From assembly GCA_045637365.1 (NCBI GenBank), contig JAZTZH010000018.1, positions 5,775-69,774 on the forward strand: 64,000 nt of DNA. Reading direction: 5' to 3'. The stretch is from Acutalibacteraceae bacterium. Lineage in GTDB: Bacteria; Bacillota; Clostridia; Oscillospirales; Acutalibacteraceae. The position numbers and the translations under genes are program-made. Shown one piece after another: positions 57,499 through 64,000 of the stretch; the first letter of the stretch is position 1; each line of letters starts with the position of its first letter. Below the pieces are notes generated by a model. That model made no database searches. It was not told the origin of the DNA and saw only the letters and a list, made by a program, of their open reading frames with translations.

Positions 57499-60400
57499 AT
57501 GAAAACAAGATTAAACAAACGTATTTTTGCATGTTTTCTCTCGGTGCTTATGCTCCTGAGCATTATGCCTGTTAATGTTTTCGCAGCTGATGCCACAGGC
57601 TCCTTATCTGTAAGCGGTCTCTCTGTTACTTATGAGAAGCTCGCAGGTAATGCTTCTACCTGTGTTTTAAGCGGAACAACAATCACTGCAACTGCAAAGA
57701 GTAATTCCGGTGTTAAAGATAAAACTGCAGGCCAGACTGAAGTGACTTTAACAAACACCGGCAGTACAAATGTTTCGCTTTCATTTTCTTATACCAGTTC
57801 AGGTATCGAAAGCCTTACAATTGATAATGAAAATATTCTTGACAGTGACTTAGGTAGTTTAACAAAGGGCTTAGCCGCAGGTGAATCAGTAGTTATTGTA
57901 TTTGCTTCTGCACCCGGTACTTTAACAGCAAAAAAGAATGCAACATTAACAATTACAGGTGTTTCTCTTGCAACTGAAAAGAATGTAGATGTAACCTTCA
58001 AAAATGTAGATAACGGTTCTTATACTCTTGACGGATCTGCCATTAATGCAGATGTTACATTAACAAAGAAATCGACAGAAAGCTTTGCTGTTTCAGCTAA
58101 AGCTGCATCTAACTACGAATTCTATGCATGGTACAACGAAACAGCAGGCAAATATATTTCTTACGAAGCAAATACAGCTCTTACTTTAACTGATGATGCA
58201 GTAATTTATCCTGTATTTGTTTCAAATGATGCTGCAAGATTCGGTGTAGGATCCACAACATTTATCAGTCTTACTGATGCTTGTGAATTCGCAAAAACAT
58301 CAACAATCAAAACTGTTGTACTTCTTAACAACGGTACAGTAAGTGGCAGCCACACTATCCCGGCAGGTATTACATTACTCGTTCCCTTTGACAATGCTAA
58401 TACCCTTTACACAAATAAACCCGAATGTACAAGTAAAGATTTTAGTAATGCTGACTGGGTTAAGCCTACAGCATACAGAACTCTTACCCTCACTTCCGAT
58501 GCGAAGATTACCGTTAACGGTGCTATCTCAATCAGCGGTAAGCATGCTGCATCAAACGGCTCCAAGCCCTATTGCGGTGCTCCTACAGGTCCCGTGGGCT
58601 GGGTTAAGATGCTTGAAGGCTCTGAGATTACAGTAAATAACGGTGCAAGCCTTTATGTCTGGGGCTTTATCCAGGGTGCAGGTACTGTTACTGCAAAGAA
58701 CGGTGCACATGTATATGAAAACTTCCAGTTCACTGATATGCGTGGCGGATCTAATCTGATGCAGATGGTTGCAGATTCTTTAGTTTTCCCCATAAATCAG
58801 TACTATGTTCAGAATATTGAGGTTCCTACCATTTTCGAGGCAGGAGCTAAAGAAACTCTCTACACATCTGCTTATGCAAGCGCACTGTGTGTAGGTGGTG
58901 CTGCTCCCTTCATCGGTGAAGGCGGTATGTTTATTGTTAATGACGGATATATTATTAAGGATTATATCGAAGGTAAAGACCGTCTTCAGGTTGACATTTA
59001 CGGCGACATTACTATGAGTAGTATGACCGTTGATGTAAGTGTTGAGGTTGACTCTTCAGCTTTCATTCTTCCTATCACAAATAATATTACCATTAATATG
59101 AATTCCGGTACAACCAATATCGGTCAGAGCATGGCTCTTCTTCCCGGCGTTGAGATGACAGTCGGAAAGGACGCTACATTAATCGTAGGTGCAAATTCAG
59201 AAGAAATGCTCAACGATTTCAACACCGGCGGCTACCATCTTATCGTATACGACAGAGATGAATGGTTCTACGGCTATGATTACGAAAAGGATGAAATCGT
59301 AGAGAATCTTAAATTTGTATTCGGTGACGGTGCAAAAGATGGTTTTAACCCCTTACGCTTTGCTCCCGGCAGAACCTATGACCGTACTGCTGCTGATATA
59401 AAGGATGCGGTTCTTGATGTTAACGGTACCATCGTTTTAGACGGTGCTCTTTACACTACTATGAGCGGCGCTGCTATTAAGTCCTCCGAAGAAACCGGCA
59501 AAATTGTAATGCAGAGCGGTTCAGGTTTAGACCTTCTTACCTTCCAGGCAGTAGGCGGTAAATCATACGGTGTTCTTATGAACTCCGCTTCACTTATGAA
59601 CGGTGACGGCTCTTATCTTGCTACAGGTCCTTCATTAATGGACGACACCATTCCTTACACCGAACCCGGTACAACATTCAACTACTGTGCAAAGTGTAAT
59701 GAGTGGACAACAGACGAGCCTTGCAGAACCTCATCATACACTGTTACATGGATGAACGGTGATGAGTTACTCGGCAGTGCAGAAGTCGAAGAGGGTACTG
59801 TGCCTTCATATCCCGGTATAAGTAAGCCCTCTAAGGATAGAGACGATAATGCACACTATATCTTTGCAGGCTGGGAAACAGCTGACGGCAACGAGCCTGA
59901 AGCAGTAACAGGTGATGTTACATATTATGCAGTATTCACCCGTGAAGCTCACGTTGACACAGATAAAGCTGCAGAAGATGGCAAGCACTACTGCGACGAG
60001 TGTAGCTTCCTTATGTACAGCTGTACAGACAGAGCTAATGACGGTAATCATAAATGTGATTATGATTGCGGAAGAGTTTTAAGTGAGTGCTCAGGCGGTA
60101 CTGCTACCTGTAAAGTACAGGCTAAATGTATCGAATGCGGTGAGTATTACGGTAAAACACTTGCTCATAACTACAACGCAGTGGTAACCGAGCCTACATG
60201 TGGTGATGAAGGTTATACCACTCATACATGTACAGGCTGCGGTGACAGTTATGTAGACAGCAAGGTTGATGCTCTCGGTCACGATGTTATCACCGATAAG
60301 GCAGTAGATCCCACATGTCATTCTACAGGTCTTACAGCAGGTGAACACTGCTCACGATGTGACTACAGAGTAGTACAGACAGTAGTTCCTGCTCTCGAGC

Positions 60401-63400
60401 ATGAATGGGATAAAGGTGTAATAAATCCTGAACCCACATGTAACGATGAAGGTACAAAGACATTTACCTGCGGTCTCTGCGGTGACACAAAAACAGAAGT
60501 AGTTTCCGCTAAGGGTCACGACAGTGCTATCGACGTACCTGCTGTGGATCCCACCTGTGAAGAAACAGGTCTTACAGCAGGTAAGAAGTGTTCAGTTTGC
60601 GGTGAGTTTACAGTAGCACAGACAGTAGTTTCTGCTCTCGGACATAAATATAATGCAGTAGTAACTGAACCCACATGTACAAAAGACGGTTACACGACCT
60701 ACACCTGTTCAACTTGCGGTGACTCTTATGTAGCTGATGAAGTTAAAGCAGAAGGTCACAAATACAGCACAGTAGTAACAGCACCCACATGTACAGAAGA
60801 CGGTTACACAACCTATACCTGTTCAGTTTGCGGTGATAACTATACTGATGATGTAGTTAAAACAGAAGGCCATAAATATAATGCAGTAGTAACTGAACCC
60901 ACATGTACAGAAGACGGTTACACAACCTATACCTGTTCAGTTTGCGGTGATAACTATACAGATGATGTAGTCAAAACAGAAGGCCACAAATATGAATCAG
61001 TGGTAACTGAACCCACATGTTATAAAGATGGTTACACAACCTACACTTGTTCAGTTTGCGGCGATAACTATACAGATGATGTAGTTAAAACAGAAGGTCA
61101 CAAATATGAAACAGTAGTAACAGAACCCACATGTACAGAAGATGGTTACACAACCTACACCTGTACAGTCTGCGATGATGAATATGTAGGTGACGAAGTT
61201 AAAACAGAAGGCCACAAATATAATGCAGTAGTAACAGAACCCACATGTACAGAAGACGGTTACACAACTTATACCTGTACAGTCTGTGATGATGAATATG
61301 TAGGTGATGAAGTTAAAACTGAAGGTCACAAATACAATGCAGTAGTGACAGCACCCACATGTGATAAAGACGGCTTTACAACTTATACATGTACAGTCTG
61401 CGATGATGAATATGTAGGTGATGAAGTTAAAACAGAAGGCCACAAATATAATGCAGTAGTAACAGAACCCACATGTACAGAAGACGGTTACACAACCTAC
61501 ACCTGTTCAGCTTGCGGTGATTCTTATGTAGCTGACGAAGTTAAAACAGAAGGTCACAGCTATGATGACGGTGTTATTGATCCCGAACCCACATGTAACG
61601 ATGAAGGTATTAAGACCTTTACCTGCGAAGCTTGCGGTGATACATATACAGAGGCTGTTTCAGCTAAGGGCCACACAGCGGTAATTGACGAGGCTAAGGC
61701 TCCCGACTGTGAAAACACAGGTCTTACAGAAGGTTCTCATTGTAAAGATTGCGGCGTTGTCATCAATGCACAGCAGGAGATTCTTGCTCTTGGCCATGGT
61801 CAGGATAAGGGCTTCACCTACACTGACATTAAAAACGGTATGCACACAGTTACATGTAAGGTTTGTGACAAGACTATCGAAGAAGTAGCTCACAGCTTCG
61901 ATGAAATCGAGCATAAGTGTGTATGCGGTGCTGTTGAAATGTTCAAGCTTTATATTAAATATATCGTTGTATATGAAGATGGAACCTTTGGTTTTGAAAC
62001 TATTGAAACAGAAGCTCCCTTCGGTGCTAAGCTTTATGATATAGTTGCTCAGTTCCCGGAAATTTACGAAGTCGGCACTGTTGTAGAGGTTAATGATCCT
62101 ACATACTTAACAGGTAAACTCGCGATGGATGGTTGGCACTTATATGATGAAGAATCAACAATGCCTGCTGAAGAATTGACTATCGAGCAGAGCTATAACA
62201 ATTCCGGCTGGGAATACCATGAAGGCCTCGGCTATGCTTACTATAACGGCAGCAAATATCTTCTCGGATGGAACTATATCGAAGAGGATTATGATGATGT
62301 AGAAGGCGGAGCATGGTACTATTTCGATATTAAGACAGATAGTTACGGTTTTGAATACGGATACCGTGTAGACGGAATCACCCGTGTACCTTATCCTACA
62401 GAAAAGATTGACGGCATTAAGTATGAAGCAGATAAAGAAACTCTTGACTACAGTGCTTCCACAGGTGAGGCTTATCCTGATGCTTTCACAGGCTTCTTCC
62501 TCTTCGACGAAGCAGGTAAGTTCGTAAATGACTTCACAGGCATCAAGGAATTCATGGATGCAGACCGTTACTTTGAAAACGGCTTCATCAAATGGCATCC
62601 CGGTGTTGTTGAGGTTGAAGGCGAGATTTACTACTTCATCGGTGATGTTGAGAATGGTGGTAACCTTCCCGCAAACGGTGATACTTATATCATCAGAAAT
62701 AACGGTGCAGATGAGTTTAGCAAGGGCGACATTTACAACTTCGAAAACGGTAAACTCAGCGGTGCTGACGGTATCGTAAACGGTAAGTATTACGAAAACT
62801 CTCAGCTTATGGTATGTAACGGTCTTACAAAGATCAATGATAAGTACATTTATGTTCGTTACGACGGTACAATTGTTATTGATGCAAAATACTGGGTTGG
62901 CGTTAACGATGAGGGTATCGTTCCCGGACTTTATGCTTTCGATGCAGACGGTTATATGCTCGATATCAAGACAACCGATAAAGACGGTATTTACTACGAA
63001 GACGGCGCTTATTACTTCTATGAAAAGGGCGTTCTTGCTTACAAGGGTCTCATCAAGTACTCAGGTAAAGCTGACAACGGCACAGTTTACGAAAACGATT
63101 GGATTTATGTCCGTTCAAACGGTCAGCTTGCAACCGGTTCATACTGGACTACAAAGAATGAAAGCGGAGAGCTTAAGACTCAGACCTACATCTTCGATGA
63201 AACAGGTGCTATGGTTATGACTAACGGTATCGTCGAAGAAAACGGTAATCTCTATTACTATGTAAACGGTGTTAAGCAGCAGTGCTTAGGTCTTATCGAA
63301 CTTGAAGGTAAGTTCTACTATATAAGAACAGCCGGTGAGCTTGTAAGAGGCAGAGAATACTGGATTACCAACGTTAATGATACAGGAGTAGTTGCCCGTA

Positions 63401-63666
63401 ATTACCACTTCGATAATGACGGTGTAATGCAGAATCCTGTTTATGACAAGGGTGAAGAAGCAAACGGCGTAATAGACGGTTATTATTACGAAAACGGAAA
63501 GATCGCTTACGGTGCAGGCCTTGTTGAGCTTGAGGACGGAAGCATCATTTATGTCCGTTCAAACGGTCAGCTTGCGACCGGAATTTATTGGCCTACCACA
63601 CTTAACGGTGTTCTTCCTGCCGGAAAATATAATTTCGGTACTGACGGAAGACTTGTGGTTGCATAA
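57499..63666 (+). CDS. Giant secreted surface protein (2,055 aa): N-terminal beta-rich region, about 20 His+3Cys modules, C-terminal wall-binding-type repeats
   Basis: The ATG at 57499 follows aaaggaaa (the track start at 57478 is an alternative). Signal peptide ...VNVFA|AD. The module array spans about 59980-61930. The C-terminal repeats resemble those of the upstream gene (IYVRSNGQLATGIYWPTTLNGVLPAGKYNFGTDGR). Confidence 0.9.
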   Translation: MKTRLNKRIFACFLSVLMLLSIMPVNVFAADATGSLSVSGLSVTYEKLAGNASTCVLSGTTITATAKSNSGVKDKTAGQTEVTLTNTGSTNVSLSFSYTSSGIESLTIDNENILDSDLGSLTKGLAAGESVVIVFASAPGTLTAKKNATLTITGVSLATEKNVDVTFKNVDNGSYTLDGSAINADVTLTKKSTESFAVSAKAASNYEFYAWYNETAGKYISYEANTALTLTDDAVIYPVFVSNDAARFGVGSTTFISLTDACEFAKTSTIKTVVLLNNGTVSGSHTIPAGITLLVPFDNANTLYTNKPECTSKDFSNADWVKPTAYRTLTLTSDAKITVNGAISISGKHAASNGSKPYCGAPTGPVGWVKMLEGSEITVNNGASLYVWGFIQGAGTVTAKNGAHVYENFQFTDMRGGSNLMQMVADSLVFPINQYYVQNIEVPTIFEAGAKETLYTSAYASALCVGGAAPFIGEGGMFIVNDGYIIKDYIEGKDRLQVDIYGDITMSSMTVDVSVEVDSSAFILPITNNITINMNSGTTNIGQSMALLPGVEMTVGKDATLIVGANSEEMLNDFNTGGYHLIVYDRDEWFYGYDYEKDEIVENLKFVFGDGAKDGFNPLRFAPGRTYDRTAADIKDAVLDVNGTIVLDGALYTTMSGAAIKSSEETGKIVMQSGSGLDLLTFQAVGGKSYGVLMNSASLMNGDGSYLATGPSLMDDTIPYTEPGTTFNYCAKCNEWTTDEPCRTSSYTVTWMNGDELLGSAEVEEGTVPSYPGISKPSKDRDDNAHYIFAGWETADGNEPEAVTGDVTYYAVFTREAHVDTDKAAEDGKHYCDECSFLMYSCTDRANDGNHKCDYDCGRVLSECSGGTATCKVQAKCIECGEYYGKTLAHNYNAVVTEPTCGDEGYTTHTCTGCGDSYVDSKVDALGHDVITDKAVDPTCHSTGLTAGEHCSRCDYRVVQTVVPALEHEWDKGVINPEPTCNDEGTKTFTCGLCGDTKTEVVSAKGHDSAIDVPAVDPTCEETGLTAGKKCSVCGEFTVAQTVVSALGHKYNAVVTEPTCTKDGYTTYTCSTCGDSYVADEVKAEGHKYSTVVTAPTCTEDGYTTYTCSVCGDNYTDDVVKTEGHKYNAVVTEPTCTEDGYTTYTCSVCGDNYTDDVVKTEGHKYESVVTEPTCYKDGYTTYTCSVCGDNYTDDVVKTEGHKYETVVTEPTCTEDGYTTYTCTVCDDEYVGDEVKTEGHKYNAVVTEPTCTEDGYTTYTCTVCDDEYVGDEVKTEGHKYNAVVTAPTCDKDGFTTYTCTVCDDEYVGDEVKTEGHKYNAVVTEPTCTEDGYTTYTCSACGDSYVADEVKTEGHSYDDGVIDPEPTCNDEGIKTFTCEACGDTYTEAVSAKGHTAVIDEAKAPDCENTGLTEGSHCKDCGVVINAQQEILALGHGQDKGFTYTDIKNGMHTVTCKVCDKTIEEVAHSFDEIEHKCVCGAVEMFKLYIKYIVVYEDGTFGFETIETEAPFGAKLYDIVAQFPEIYEVGTVVEVNDPTYLTGKLAMDGWHLYDEESTMPAEELTIEQSYNNSGWEYHEGLGYAYYNGSKYLLGWNYIEEDYDDVEGGAWYYFDIKTDSYGFEYGYRVDGITRVPYPTEKIDGIKYEADKETLDYSASTGEAYPDAFTGFFLFDEAGKFVNDFTGIKEFMDADRYFENGFIKWHPGVVEVEGEIYYFIGDVENGGNLPANGDTYIIRNNGADEFSKGDIYNFENGKLSGADGIVNGKYYENSQLMVCNGLTKINDKYIYVRYDGTIVIDAKYWVGVNDEGIVPGLYAFDADGYMLDIKTTDKDGIYYEDGAYYFYEKGVLAYKGLIKYSGKADNGTVYENDWIYVRSNGQLATGSYWTTKNESGELKTQTYIFDETGAMVMTNGIVEENGNLYYYVNGVKQQCLGLIELEGKFYYIRTAGELVRGREYWITNVNDTGVVARNYHFDNDGVMQNPVYDKGEEANGVIDGYYYENGKIAYGAGLVELEDGSIIYVRSNGQLATGIYWPTTLNGVLPAGKYNFGTDGRLVVA
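60640..61551 (+). repeat. Eight head-to-tail 114-bp (38-aa) coding repeats of high identity
   Basis: Each unit reads GHKY..VVT.PTC..DG.TTYTC..C.D.Y..D.VK.E. The phase is exact: 60640 + 8 x 114 = 61552, where the next, divergent module GHSYDDG starts. Confidence 0.95.
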
Positions 63667-63687
63667 AATTCATAGGTAAATAAAATT

Positions 63688-63726
63688 AAAGGCACTCTAT
63701 GCCTAATGACATAGAGTGCCTTTTCT
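63688..63726 (+). terminator. Rho-independent terminator of the giant gene
   Basis: A 14-bp stem aaaggcactctatg / catagagtgccttt, followed by a T-run. Confidence 0.85.
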
Positions 63727-63838
63727 GAGAAAAACCCTGAAAGAAAGCGGGTAAATACTTACCTGTTTTCTTTTGTGATTTTTAACAAAGGATTTAAACT
63801 ATTGATATAATGTCGTGTTATGAATAGTTTTAGGGGTG

Positions 63839-64000
63839 ATGAATAGTTTGAAAATAAAGAGTAGTTTACTGAAGAGTACATCCGGCGATGCATTTCTTTT
63901 GACTTTTGTAAAGTTTATAACAATGGCGGTAAGTCTTCTTATTACACGTTTATTATCTGAGCATCTCTCTGTTTATGATTATGGTACTTATTCACAAGTT
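63839..64000 (+). CDS. Polysaccharide flippase (Wzx/MOP family), 3' end cut by the window edge
   Basis: It is absent from the ORF track because it is truncated. My own translation is MNSLKIKSSLLKSTSGDAFLLTFVKFITMAVSLLITRLLSEHLSVYDYGTYSQV, a typical Wzx N-terminus. RBS aggggtg. An extended -10 (TGaTATAAT) lies at 63803-63811. Confidence 0.6.
   Translation, partial: MNSLKIKSSLLKSTSGDAFLLTFVKFITMAVSLLITRLLSEHLSVYDYGTYSQV

Noticed and set aside
60640-61551. Regularly spaced repeats that could be mistaken for a CRISPR array.
   Set aside because: The units are contiguous with no spacers, 114 bp long and perfectly in frame within a coding sequence. No cas genes are present.
63819-63849. Direct duplication of ATGAATAGTTT, 20 bp apart, at the wzx start.
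   Set aside because: The first copy opens an 8-codon dead-end frame. It is probably a trivial local duplication, and only the second copy has the RBS.

Overview
Chromosomal segment of a low-GC Gram-positive anaerobe, probably Clostridia and Ruminococcaceae-like (the taxon is inferred from gene content only). Every gene except dusB is on the + strand. In order, the window holds: the 3' part of a PLP-dependent decarboxylase; a 7.9-kb gene for a 2,636-aa secreted repeat protein; a full F-type ATP synthase operon (atpI-B-E-F-[b/delta-alpha]-G-D-C); dusB; an ArsR/CzcD metal-efflux pair with a consensus promoter and palindromic operator; polA; a compact dcw cluster (mraZ-rsmH-ftsL-pbp-murE-mraY-ftsW-murG-murA-ftsQ-ftsZ, without murF, murD, murC or ftsA); several surface or unknown proteins; a LMW tyrosine phosphatase; a secreted transglutaminase-like protein; and a Wzy-type polysaccharide locus (wzz, BY-kinase, PHP phosphatase, LCP, wzy, GTs, licD ... 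wzx). Two giant wall-binding protein genes sit inside that locus: a 1,584-aa phosphodiester glycosidase and a 2,055-aa repeat protein. I saw no tRNA, rRNA, CRISPR, transposase, integrase, phage or recognisable defence genes. The most unusual observations are these. (1) An unnamed His+3Cys mini-module is repeated about 40, 20 and 8 times in three secreted proteins, including a near-identical 8 x 114-bp tandem array. (2) The polysaccharide locus pairs LicD with a wall-binding phosphodiester glycosidase and choline-binding-type repeats, which may form a self-contained surface decoration and display module. (3) The ATP synthase delta-like and alpha genes share one reading frame, and a single A in an A5 run separates this from a canonical TAATG-coupled gene pair. 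(4) A 276-bp element bounded by inverted repeats lies between atpB and atpE. All functional calls come from motif recognition by eye; no searches were run.
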